NCBI GenBank assembly: GCA_965644265.1 | Contig: OZ286474.1 | Coordinates: forward strand, 38,936,001-38,969,000 | DNA from: Glycera tridactyla | Taxonomy: Eukaryota | Direction of reading: 5' to 3' | Length of the DNA: 33,000 nucleotides | Shown: positions 12,455-23,136 of the stretch, piece by piece | Position numbering within the stretch: the first letter of the stretch is position 1 | Layout: every line of letters begins with the position of its first letter | Notes under the pieces: model-generated | The model's database searches: none | What the model saw: the letters and a program-made list of their open reading frames with translations, nothing else | What the model was told of the DNA's origin: nothing | Position numbers and translations under genes: made by a program

Positions 12455-12594
12455 CGTTTTTTGTGTGAAATTTCCATGTTTTCGTAGACCATGCAAACCC
12501 CAACAACTAACAATGAATGGATATTTTATGGCATATGGTACTATGACAGGACTCCTGCAGGATGGCAGACTTGTCAAATCACCTGCATACATCC

Positions 12595-12680
12595 TGTGTC
12601 AAATCTCCACTCATTCTGGTCCGATTCTCGTGAGATAAACACCAAAATGATCAGAGCAAACTGCTCTTTCTGTGATATGT
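12595..12680 (+). mobile_element. Internal fragment of the CAGGGATGTGATTG family
   Basis: ATCTCCACTCATTCTGGTCCGATT..CAAAATGATCAG matches the interior of 13716-13996. Confidence 0.55.
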
Positions 12681-13325
12681 ATGTTTCCAAAAGAAGTTGA
12701 TAGGGCAAGATGGCATGCTCATCATTCACTTTGAATCCATCAATATGTCAATGGAAAACTCAATATTCTTTGTCATTTGTGATAGATTTACCAGCCTCTT
12801 CTGATATTACATTTTGCATGTATTTGACCAGACAATCCATCAGTCAGCAGGGAATGCATAGTTTTGTGGGAATTGTAGTGGTGTGCATGTATGTACCTGC
12901 CTCACAAGAAGCTACAGGAACAACTGTTAGGAGGAGTGAGATATATGTCAGGTGTTGGGGGTTGGGAATGTAGGCATGATATCACCCCGGTCCTGATTTC
13001 CAACAAGCAACCTCTGATGCTAGCCTCAATCATCCAGACAATAGCTGCCTCCTGTGAAGTTATAGTGGTGCCAACTGGGTCTGCAGTGTGGAGGCTACCA
13101 CTGATGCACGCCTACCAGAACATGGAGTGATAAAATGAATGGTAAAAAGAGAACTTTATGAGCACATTTGCAGTAAAATTGAGCTTGATCAGGAACAGCA
13201 GTAATGAGCCGATACTGCACCTTTTATGACATTCTGACCTTTTCTAGTTTTTTTTTCTAGTTAGACCTACCTACTTTATTCTGAGTGCATCTGATATCCA
13301 AAGTACACCAATCAGTATACTTTGT

Positions 13326-13616
13326 CAGGGAATGTGATTGGTCACCTCAAATACCCTGAAATCCTGCCAAAGGGCAATTTCGTGGACTGAATACCTCATC
13401 ATCTGCCAATTTATGACTGCTTTGACTCAGTCATATTTCCTGCCAACTATGTGCTCTATCTGCACTAATTCCAGTCCGGGTTTTGTGAACTGAAAGCCAG
13501 AATATTCAGCATGAAATTATATTTTCTGCCTGATGTATAACTTACGGCTATGATGATCAGAGACCCGAGATCTATTGATCAGAAATCTATGAATCTGTGG
13601 AACAATCTCATCCGTG
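13326..13616 (+). mobile_element. CAGGGATGTGATTG-family element, copy 1 (degenerate)
   Basis: CAGGGAATGTGATTGG...GGAACAATCTCATCCGTG. Collinear with copies 2 and 3. Confidence 0.7.
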
Positions 13617-13715
13617 TTCATATAGTGCTTCGATACATGAGTGCCTGGTGACTGCTGTACATCCTGAACACCATAACCACAACCACCACCATGCCCACTG
13701 AAGCCTTTGCTGCCA

Positions 13716-13996
13716 CAAAGATATGATTGGCTAACAACGAAAACCCTGAGAACCGGACCTGCGGCACATTTCACTAACATTTTGTGGAACAAAACCCCCC
13801 CAAAACTGCTAACTGATGGCTTCAAATTCCATTCAAACTTTGTGCTTTATCTCCACTTATTCTGGTTCGATTTCATGTTATAAAATGCAAAATGATCAGC
13901 AAAATACGTTCTTTTCTGTCAGATTCTTGGATCACCGCATTTCTGAGAAAAAAAAACAACCAAAATCCACGATTCCGTGGAACAATCACATCCCTG
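13716..13996 (+). mobile_element. CAGGGATGTGATTG-family element, copy 2
   Basis: CAAAGATATGATTGG...GGAACAATCACATCCCTG. Flanks CTGCCA / CTACCA. Confidence 0.8.
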
Positions 13997-14012
13997 CTAC
14001 CAGCACCATCAC

Positions 14013-14206
14013 NNNNNNNNNNNNNNNNNNNNNNNNNNNNNNNNNNNNNNNNNNNNNNNNNNNNNNNNNNNNNNNNNNNNNNNNNNNNNNNNNNNNNNNN
14101 NNNNNNNNNNNNNNNNNNNNNNNNNNNNNNNNNNNNNNNNNNNNNNNNNNNNNNNNNNNNNNNNNNNNNNNNNNNNNNNNNNNNNNNNNNNNNNNNNNNN
14201 NNNNNN
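14013..14206. other. Assembly gap (194 N) flanked by CAC/ACC-rich simple sequence
   Basis: Run of N. Confidence 1.
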
Positions 14207-14423
14207 CACTCTCACAACCACACAAACCCCCTCAAACAAATCATTCATTCGACAACTGTACCCATCTGACCCATGCATGAGCCTTGTCAGTCAATGTATA
14301 GATCACTTTAGTGGGCTATAAAATGAATCTGTTATAGTGGCTGCTTTGATTAGGACAGGGGCCTCATCAATGCTGATAGCCTCCTCGCTGATACAGTGAA
14401 GACCATGTTCTGGATTGAATGTG

Positions 14424-14704
14424 CAGGGATGTGATTGGCTCACAACCCAAAACACTGAAAACCTGACCGGAGGCAATTTTCACCAAGATTTTGTGGACTG
14501 AGAAACCCCTACAACTGCTAACTAATGGCTACTATGACTGCATATAAACTATGTGCCCTATCTCCACTAATACTAGTCCAATTTTCATGATCCAAAATCC
14601 AAAACAATCAGCATAAAATGCTTTATCCTGTCATATGCGGGGATTGCTGCATTTGTGAAGAAAAACCCGGAAATCCGTGGATCCGCGGAACAATCACATC
14701 CCTG
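14424..14704 (+). mobile_element. CAGGGATGTGATTG-family element, copy 3 (281 bp)
   Basis: Perfect 14-bp TIR CAGGGATGTGATTG / CAATCACATCCCTG. Identical 5-bp flanks ATGTG. Confidence 0.9.
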
Positions 14705-14971
14705 ATGTGGCATGTATCAAGTGGTGTTGGAGATTGGTACCTATTTTGAGAATCTACAAACTGGGATTTATTTTGAATGATTAATCAATTAGAATTTATG
14801 CTTAGTCCAGACTGATTTGGTGCATGAGAGATAGTGGCTGACATACCTTGAAACTGCATCAATTGGAGATAGCTACTGGTCCCTACACACCTCAAACTAC
14901 ATCAAATAACACAGATGCACTAATAAGTGACCTCTCTAACAATGGATCTGGCTGGAGGCAGACACACAATA

Positions 14972-15151
14972 CAGTCAAACCTTTTTATAAAGACCACCAT
15001 CGGTCGCATAAAAAGTGGCCTTTATAGGGAGGTGGTCTTTATGGAGATCATTTACTGTTGAATGTACTACCAATCCATGGTTGCAGCTCAAGGGGGTCTT
15101 TATAGAGGGGTAGTCTTCACAGAGAGGTGGTCTTTAGAGGAGTTTCGACTA
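14972..15151 (+). mobile_element. Family B MITE
   Basis: TA|CAGTCAAACCT...GAGGAGTTTCGACTA|TA, repeated GTGGTCTTTATAG. Confidence 0.85.
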
Positions 15152-15319
15152 TACCTGCAAAAAAGGCTTCTGTCAGTCACTTACTATTTCTGCCAGTCTA
15201 TTTCATCCCCATACATTGAAATGACTTCCCCCTGATATCAGCCTTCGAAATCTTGGATTATTTGAAATAAGGAAGTACCTGCTTCATCAATCCTAATTTG
15301 TTTCGCCGGATTTCTACTC

Positions 15320-15480
15320 AGGATACTGCTTTCACCAGACACCAGAATGATTTCAGTTAATCTCAGAGGGCGGGATCATCCTTGACTAATTGGCACACCT
15401 CTCCAAGCTTTCCATATCTCTCCAATCTTTCCGACCTATCGACGGTCAAGTCTCTTCTGGAGCAATTTCAAATTTCAATT
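15320..15480 (-). mobile_element. Possible decayed LINE endonuclease fragment
   Basis: EIAPEET*PSIGRKDW, then a degenerate GGGVA..VK-like stretch (GGAGAGGTGTGCCAATTAGTCAAG) and TEIILV. Confidence 0.3.
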
Positions 15481-16175
15481 TCATTCACAACTCTGGGATG
15501 GGCACCGAGGCTTTATTACAGTCTCATTCCTTGTGAATAACCAGATGAATTTTTTGTATGATTATATGTTGAGGAATTGATGTATTCTACGACTCACAAG
15601 GTACTTATAGGTAGTTACAATGTGCTGTTGTTACTGTAATTTTATTCAATAGATCTGAAAAGAAAAAAACCAGGATATGACGATGTAATTTGGAAAAAGG
15701 CGGCTCCAGGTAGCAGCTGTAATCAACAGACTCTGGTCTGATTCCTCATTTTACTGATGTTCAATCACTCCATGTTTGCTGTCATCGCCTGGTAATAAAC
15801 GATATGTCTATTGTCTATTGTCTAGTGAGTATAGCCCGCCCTACTCCTTTAAGAAACTTTCGAAGCTTCCATTTAAGTGATTCATATTACTTTCTCACTT
15901 CCACCTTCACTTGTGTGTTGTAACTGATAATGACCCAAAAGGATCAACAGACACAGAACCCATGTGATTCACAAGAATAGGAAAACCGCCTGCATTTAAC
16001 CATCAGTCAGTTTGCCAAGAGCTAAAGATTTTTTCATCTGTCTATTGAAATTAACAAATAGTCGGCAAAACTGGCTCATAGGAATTAGTCTAGAGCAAAT
16101 GAAGATAGCAATTGTATCCTCTGATAGGTCTAATATAGTCATGAAAAGTTTTCTTATGTCAGGAACTCAATATAT

Positions 16176-16830
16176 CACAGGGATCGTGATTGACCGCGGC
16201 CTCGCGCCATCGTCGCATCAAACGAACGAAACCTGCATGTTTTTTGCAGTGTGCGCCTGCCTGGGCGCATGAAAATCACACAATCTGGCATGGAAACGCC
16301 TAAAACTCACTGAAACTGGTGAAAATCCGGACCAAATCGGTCATTTTGGTTATATTTTGCTGTTAAAAGAGATGTTTATTCATCTTCATCTTCAAAAATT
16401 TCAAGATGGCACCCAAATCCCACGCGAACTCTCGGGGCGCGAGAGTATGATGAGATTTCGGCCTGTCTAGTACATGGCACGTGATCGGCCCAGAATGGCG
16501 GGAGGCTCTCAAATGGTTATACCTGCCAAGTGTTTCCATCACGTTTATAGCAAAAATATCGTGATTTCCTCAGAAACGACCATGGATTACAAAAGTAGGG
16601 TAATTTTTCGCGCATTTGGCACCATTTATTGATACCCGGCCGTATTTTTAGTGTTTCAGGAGTGATCGGGAATCGTGAAAAACATCGTTCAAGTGTAAGT
16701 GATTTGGGCACATAAAATTGCTGACAGGCGCACGAAATTTTTTTCCAAAATTATCTCTGATATCATGTTGAAATGAAAGTTATGACAAAATCAAAGTCAC
16801 TTCACAATGCAAAAGTTTTGATGCCCTGTG
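16176..16830. mobile_element. CpG-rich CAC-ended non-autonomous element (EnSpm-like), 655 bp
   Basis: AT|CACAGGG...CCCTGTG|AT. The CpG-rich interior is sharply bounded by these ends. TIR is short. Confidence 0.45.
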
Positions 16831-17206
16831 ATGTTGAATCAGGAGCTGATGGGTGAATGGGTGGAAAGTGGATCACAATACTGAATTAATCGATCATACA
16901 TGTGTAGCAATTACATTTTTTGTTTCCCCACTCACATTGATTCTGCCATTGAAGTCTCACCTCTATGTAGCTGATAATAGAGGGAGAGGGCGTGAATGAC
17001 TTGATGGACTCGCAGCTATTGAGGCGTGAAGTTATGGCACATTTTTCACTCAAACCGCGCACCCGTAAAACACGGAAATCAATACACTGCGGATTCACTA
17101 GGGTGATAACCAAGCTTGTCATGTTTGTGTGTATAAATATATATATACCCTGCCAACTACGCCACCTCATATTCTTCACTTTATTTCTGTAGGAGATATC
17201 CAAAAA

Positions 17207-17245
17207 ATGATTGATTGATTGATTGGTCAATCAATTGATTGATTG
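17207..17245. repeat. (ATTG)n microsatellite, probable family R tail
   Basis: GATTGATTGATTGATTGG..TTGATTGATTGA followed by a degenerate GGCATA. Confidence 0.7.
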
Positions 17246-17330
17246 AAGTTGATGGCATACATGAATCTGAAAGATGATGTATAACATTTATCCCTGATCT
17301 ATGAATGATGTATGCCCTGTTCCCCTAATA

Positions 17331-17507
17331 CAGTAAAACCTGCAATGAGAGACTGCCGTAAATATCACCAAAAAGCAGTCTCTCAAAAGAGGTGGTCTCT
17401 CGTCGAAGGTATATTTGACTATGTCAAAGATAAGAGCTGCCCTGGAAAAGTGGTCTCCCATCAGAGGTGGTCTCCTGTTGAGGGGTCTCTCGTCGCAGGT
17501 TTCACTG
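17331..17507 (+). mobile_element. Family A MITE
   Basis: TA|CAGTAAAACCTGCAATGAGAGAC...GTCTCTCGTCGCAGGTTTCACTG|TA. Confidence 0.9.
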
Positions 17508-17509
17508 TA

Positions 17510-17670
17510 CAGTCAAACCTCTCTATAAAGACCGCCTTCGGTTGCATCAAAAAGTGGTCTTTATAGAGAGGTCATTTACTGTTGAAAATAGTATCACAGT
17601 CGCAGCTCAGGGTTGTCTTTATAGGGAGGTGGTCTTTATAGAGAGGTGGTCTTTAGAAGAGGTCTGACTG
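17510..17670 (+). mobile_element. Family B MITE sharing the TA at 17508-17509 with the family A copy
   Basis: TA|CAGTCAAACCTCTCTATAAAGACC...GGTCTTTAGAAGAGGTCTGACTG|TA. Confidence 0.9.
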
Positions 17671-18225
17671 TAGTAGATTTCTCCCATGTGTGCTCTCCAG
17701 CACACACATCACCCTAAGTGAATGAATGAGTCCACAGGGACATATCATTATTATCGGAACCGCTATCTGTGCTTTCATTTATTATATCAATGTATGCCTG
17801 TGTCAATTCAAAATGAAGAAAAGACACCGGATGGATACGTCTGAAAGCTCCGCTTCCTAAAATTACGCTGTGAGTAACGTTTAAACTTCTACTACAAAAA
17901 TTCAAAATGTAATGTAGTCAGTTCTCAATTTCAGCCCTCATCATAGATGTAATGCTCTCTGATGATGTAAGAATATCAGTGACATTCACTGCAGTGTGAG
18001 AGCAATTATCCATTGAGAGCTCAATGATTATACAGAGCACAATATGTGTGCAAGTGAGAAAACATACCAGTAATACAATAGATGGGAATGTGCAGCAGTA
18101 TACATCATGAGCAGCAGACATGATGGACATGTTTATACATCATGTTCTAGGTTTCTCATAGACTAGCTGTAACCTGCATAAAACACTCGAATGAGATAAG
18201 AGTCATGTTTAAACATACATGTATG

Positions 18226-18597
18226 CAGGGAAATTCCTGAGTAGAGAAGCGAATGGGACAAATGTCCCAAGTGACCTGAAACCAATGGGACAAATCTGAG
18301 CTGAATGGGACAATTTCTCACCCATTCAAAATGGAATGCAAGATGTTTTATACTATAGTCTGCACACTGGAAGGAAAAATCTCATACCAAAGGTTTCTAA
18401 CTGTGAACTGGCAATGTTATCAGTGACAAATTTCCTGAAATAGATTCAGAAGTAGTTTGACTTAAATGAAACTCTGGCATCTGTTACCCCTTTGATCAGT
18501 GCAAATGAGACATTTGTCCCAAGCACACCCAGACAAATGGGACATTTGAGAGTTTAATGAGAGATTCTCCCCAAATCTTGCTCCAGGAATATCCCTG
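18226..18597. mobile_element. CAGGG-ended element with internal ATGGGACAA repeats (372 bp)
   Basis: TIR CAGGGAAATTCCTG / CAGGAATATCCCTG (13/14). Flanks GTATG / CTATG. Confidence 0.75.
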
Positions 18598-18770
18598 CTA
18601 TGATATGAACGCCTTCATGTCCTGAGATAAAGGTTCTGCCAATGGATATTGATGTGGATAATTGCCAATAATTGGTAGTCATCACAATTGCCCATATCAC
18701 ATTCATAACATCATGATGTTGGCCATCATTGCCGACCCCCAATGAAAAAGTGTGGAGATTGTTCGCTATA

Positions 18771-18947
18771 CAGTAAAACCTGTCTTAAGTTAAAAGTCAC
18801 GGGACCAAATTTTTCTTACACTTAAGACAGGATTTCGCTTAGCGAAGGACAATTATATTGAGAAAAAAGTATCCGGGCAGACCGTGGGGTATGCACTTAA
18901 GACAGGATTTCGCCTAGCACAGGTTTACACTCAAGCACGTTTTACTG
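18771..18947. mobile_element. pogo-like MITE (CTTAAGACAGG motifs)
   Basis: TA|CAGTAAAAC...GTTTTACTG|TA, with CACTTAAGACAGGATTTCGC twice. Confidence 0.85.
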
Positions 18948-19228
18948 TATTTCCCAAGATGGCAAACATCGAGCCCCAAATTGCTGATAGATCAAGGGTT
19001 TTCCCCGATGGTTCCAATGTTGTAACCACAAGAACCACATCGAATTGCCATGAAAAATTCCAAGGAACTGAATGCATGACCAAGATAGCCACTGTGAATT
19101 CTTCAAACTGTTAGCTGCAGAACAAACATATTCTGCCTGCACTGACATTGACATAACACAAAACAAATGAGAAGTACCAGCTAGAGGCAAATATTCAGTC
19201 CAAAGCAATGCTTTGAATGAAGCAAGTA

Positions 19229-19408
19229 CAGTCAAACTTGTCCTAAGCATGAAGCCGAGGGAAGTTAAAAAAAACTGTGTGCCTAGGACAAGTTCATGCT
19301 TAGAACAGGTCAATTACAGTGTGAACTACTCTGGAAGGATAATCAGAAACATGTTGCTTAGGGCAAGATCTTGCTCGGTACAAGTTTTGCTCAGGACAAG
19401 TTTGACTG
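19229..19408 (+). mobile_element. pogo-like MITE, family C
   Basis: TA|CAGTCAAACTTGTCCT...AGGACAAGTTTGACTG|TA, perfect 16-bp TIR. Confidence 0.9.
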
Positions 19409-19658
19409 TAGTACCATGAATGAGGCAATACGATAGGTTTTGAGGTTACATAACTTTCGAGTATTCAGAATTTTCTGGCTAATTTTCACCCATAATCATT
19501 GAACTGATGACTAGTATCAGGCTAGCATATCATATGTGATTAACTGTTTGAATGGGAAAATGTATCCAACTTCAGCATTTCCAGGCAGGACTCCTATATA
19601 AGGTGGTTTTGATAATTCTGATATATGTAGGAGGTGGTTCCAACACCCCCTCACTGCA

Positions 19659-19729
19659 GTCCTCCTAAATCACTGTTTAGCTGGTTTAGTTCAGTTTAGG
19701 AGGACTAAATAGGGGGACTGTTTAGGAGG
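19659..19729. repeat. Hairpin and repeat cluster of TTTAGGAGGA
   Basis: GTCCTCCTAAA (19659-19669) / TTTAGGAGGAC (19695-19705) perfect 11-bp inverted repeat, plus a third TTTAGGAGGA near 19720. Confidence 0.7.
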
Positions 19730-19839
19730 ATTCCTTTTCAGTAAAACACCTACTCACTGGCCATCCTCCCATCAGGAGATTAGGTGCAAAAATAGTCTGT
19801 TGAAGCAGCAGTTAGGAAGGCTACATGTATCTGCGATCA

Positions 19840-20193
19840 CAGTGAAACCTGCAGCGGAAGACCACATCTGACAGGAGACTGCACACCCACATTTAAGTCA
19901 GTTTGTTTGAGGTTTAATGGCATGTACCAACCCATGGGATCATGTATGCCATGTGTTTCTGGTCAATGAAAGGTAGAATTCTCTTGAAAAAAAAGACATC
20001 ACTTTCACAAACCCTGAACACAAGATGACGGGGAACCTAAGAGGTTGTTGGGTTGAAGTAGCTGACTGTTCTGACACACCTCTAACTCCTGAGCATGAAC
20101 ATAATGAACCTAAATATGACATATGTAACTATGTAACTGGCTGGAAGCTGACACTCCGAAATTCAGGGCGGTCTCTTGAAACAGGTTTCACTG
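19840..20193 (-). mobile_element. Family A MITE interrupted by a family R retroelement
   Basis: CAGTGAAACCTGC at the left. CAGGGCGGTCTCTTGAAACAGGTTTCACTG at the right. Confidence 0.7.
19900..20157 (-). mobile_element. Family R retroelement (nested)
   Basis: GTTTGTTTGAGGTTTAATGGCATG.. through GTAACTGGCTGGAAGCTGACACTC, collinear with 7721-7990. Confidence 0.85.
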
Positions 20194-20567
20194 GAGTAAA
20201 ACAGGCCACCGGTTGCCAATATCAGCATTTCAATTCCTCACGTCAAGTTCATAAAAGCCAGAATTCCAGCATGATCATGGGCAATGATAGTGGGTTGATG
20301 GCAACTCTTATATGGTGCCGACAATAGGCTACAAGCCACACCCTACAGGCAGCTAATACATGTAATCGCACACTGTACAATCGCTACCCCACCCAGCTAA
20401 TGGCTCCCTAATCCACAATATAGCTCCCAACAAACTGGCACAAACTCATCAAGACCACTTGCTTATCTGAAAGTCTATCAAATAGCCAACTGGATTCTAT
20501 ATAAACCATTCTGCTCTCCTCCAATTGACCCAGCAAAACCTATCATCAGATAACCTTCAAACTCCCA

Positions 20568-20570
<3 letters not shown>

Positions 20571-20608
<38 letters not shown>

Positions 20609-20742
20609 AATTGACATACCACGGCATGTATCATCCCAGAGGATTATACTGTATATATGATGTGTGTCCCTTGTCGATGAAAGCCAGATATTCTGTCCCC
20701 TGCAGGCATCACTCACACAAACCCTGAACACAAGATGATGGA
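20571..20742 (-). mobile_element. Family R retroelement with long (TTGA)n tail
   Basis: About 9 TTGA units, then CGGCATGTATCATCCC..AAACCCTGAACACAAGATGATGG. Confidence 0.85.
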
Positions 20743-20815
20743 CTGATGGCGATATCAAGGTTCATGACAGCGGACAATGGTGCACCATCATAGTCAAAGC
20801 TGGAGTGAGCTTGTA

Positions 20816-20934
20816 CAGTGAAACCTGCGACGAGAGACCCTCCGACGAGAGACCAACTCCGACGAGAGACCACCTCTTTTGAGAGACCACTTGTTGGTGA
20901 CATTTAGGGCGGTCTCTTGTCGCAGGTTTCACTG
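20816..20934 (-). mobile_element. Family A MITE, short form with 3 tandem CGACGAGAGACC motifs
   Basis: TA|CAGTGAAACCTGCGAC...GTCGCAGGTTTCACTG|TA. Confidence 0.95.
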
Positions 20935-20967
20935 TAATAAGCAATCAAGGAAGCAGTACAGCGAGTA

Positions 20968-21070
20968 CAGTAAGAGACCCGCTAACGTGAGATTCCATCT
21001 GATGAGAGACGGCTTTCCCTGGGCAGCCTTTCTATTTGACCCATGTTGATCACTCAACACAGGTTTCACT
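20968..21070 (-). mobile_element. Degenerate family A MITE fragment
   Basis: GATGAGAGACGGCTTTCCCTGGGCAGCCTTTCTATTTGAC matches the family A interior. Confidence 0.6.
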
Positions 21071-21149
21071 TTAGTTGGATAGAAATTTTTTGTGGTCCAA
21101 CAAACTCCATCAACTGTCAGCTAATGAATAAAATGACTCAATACAAACT

Positions 21150-21299
21150 CTTGAGCTCTATCTTCACTAATTCTGGTCCATTTTCCATCATCTAAAAGCC
21201 AAAATAATCAGCATAAAATATTTTTTTCTGCCATACACATGGAAAGCTGCATTTGTGTAACATGGCAATTTGTGAATCCGCAGAACAATCATATCCCTG
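21150..21299 (+). mobile_element. Right half of a CAGGGATGTGATTG-family element
   Basis: CTATCTTCACTAATTCTGGTCC..CAGCATAAAA..GAACAATCATATCCCTG. Confidence 0.75.
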
Positions 21300-21705
21300 T
21301 GCATACTGCCTGATGATGAAGAGATTTGGGATCCTTGCAATAAGAGATAATTCACTGACCATACAGCCACAGGCACGAGGCTTCTCAGTTGGGATAAAGA
21401 GATTCCCCTCATCCTAATAAAAATTGGGTGAAGTAATTTCTGGGGTATATTTCACGGATTAAACCTCTAATCCACACACTGCATCATCAATCTGTGCTTG
21501 AACATGATTTTGAGGCTTGAAACGTCTAAATATTGTGCTCCGAATACGGATTTTCCCTCATCCGATGATCCAACATCAAATAAATTAATCGTCACTGACC
21601 ACACCGAAACCTATCACAAGTGAATACCAATCTCTCAGCAATCAAAAAGAATTTGCACCAAATGTCACTCCTGATCATCTCGCAATTTTACATGACAAAC
21701 ACGAC

Positions 21706-22636
21706 TAGGCCTTGAACGATTCGCCGATACACTCACTGATCGATTATTTTTTCCCTATCGGCCTGGTCACGATACACCTGAAAAATTCCACGATATATCG
21801 TCAAATTGTTTAATTGATGAGAAACAGCAAGAAATACACCTCAAACGTGATAAATCCATTTGTTCGAGGGCGCAGCCATGTTGCTTTGACACCTGCACAG
21901 CCAGAGTGAATGAACCAATGAAAATACGTCTTCTGCGCATCTTGTTGTCATCTCGCGCTTGTGAGAATTATTTCACGAATAACAACTCAAATCAATTATA
22001 TTTTCATAAACTAGTGCCAGTAAAATGACGGGAAGCGATTTGTATACGTATTTGAGCTCTAAAATGAATATTTCTTGCTGTGTTTCGCGCTGAAAGGCAA
22101 GCAGTGTGAAACGCACGTGGTGTTATTCCGACGGGCGCCATCTTGATTTTTCACTCACTCTTGGTCACGACACATTTTTTCACCTCACCATCACGAGAAA
22201 ACTATACAATATATCACGAAACTGTTTCCGCAGTATGTTGCGCAATGTTACCGGAATTCGTCTGATATAGAGATTTGTTCAGATATCACCTCTATTCATT
22301 GAGTGGCGGAAGGGCAAAGCCACGAAGGTCTCATTTCTTCAGCAAGTCCCTCATTTTCGCCCAATTGACACCACATCTTTGGCCGCAGGCAAATATCATT
22401 TAAATAAGTCTCATCAAAAATCTGAGGTGATCATGGTCTTAAGCATCCCTCAATCTGCCTGCGTGAATTTTTTGGCCAGTTTCTGACTATCATTACGAGT
22501 GTGGGGCGCCAGGAAAGAGAAGTAATTTCTTGATGTTTTTGCAAAGAATTTGAGATATATCGTGGAGATATCGTATCGTGAGCAGCGTATCGCGATACGT
22601 ATCGATTCGTATCCGTGGTAAATCGTTCAAGGCCAA
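21706..22636. mobile_element. Non-autonomous hAT-like element, 931 bp
   Basis: Perfect 8-bp TSD AACACGAC (21698-21705, 22637-22644). TIR TAGGCCTTGAACGATT / AATCGTTCAAGGCCAA (15/16). Subterminal CGATA/TATCG motifs and inverted CCACGATATATC. Confidence 0.93.
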
Positions 22637-23136
22637 AACACGACCCAACTAAAGCATAGTATTCGTTCAAAGAGAAAATTATTTTCAGTCACTCAAAAAT
22701 GCAGTGCATATAAGATTTGGGGTTTGGACAAGCTGGAGCGTAGAACACATGTCTGCCAATCAAGGTTGAAAAGCAATTAAAAGACTTTCGGGTGTGCAGT
22801 GTGGAAGTGTAAAAGTAGCCCAGGTTCTCGATTATCCACTACAACAGAATATGGGTGGGGCCGGAAAATCTGTCCTGGCTCTGTTTAACACTCACTTGTC
22901 CAGTCATTACCGCCTCATCATTTCCCAGTTTGGAATGATTAGGAGCTCATGCTGGCGAAATTAGGACTCAATCAATGAATGTGACCAGTAAACAACACAG
23001 TCCTATCTCTTTTCTACCTCATTACATCGAGGACTGACCTGCTAATATATATCTTACGGTCAGGTGATCAGGAGGTGGCCGTGCTAGAAATTAGGATGGA
23101 ACTTCTGACCTCTTATTTTACTGGCAACTGGCAGTA

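Noticed and set aside
12310-12513. Duplicated coding exon (WVSRCLCGEW.. versus WVSQCLYGGW..)
   Set aside because: Differences fall largely at codon positions 1-2 and include frameshifting indels, so there is no sign of coding constraint.
13517-13825. 102-aa minus ORF with a strong GTAAGT donor near 13545
   Set aside because: Most of it lies inside two copies of the CAGGGATGTGATTG element and the CAC-rich spacer.
13816-14321. Long ORFs of 79-154 aa
   Set aside because: They are artefacts of translating the N gap.
16886-17230. 114-aa minus ORF with a GAG|GTGAGA donor near 16960
   Set aside because: There is no recognisable domain, it starts in a microsatellite, and I found no partner exon.
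21839-21880. Kozak-like AACATGGCTGCG start (MAAPSNK...) suggesting a housekeeping first exon
   Set aside because: It stops after 12 codons and lies inside the TSD-flanked hAT-like element.
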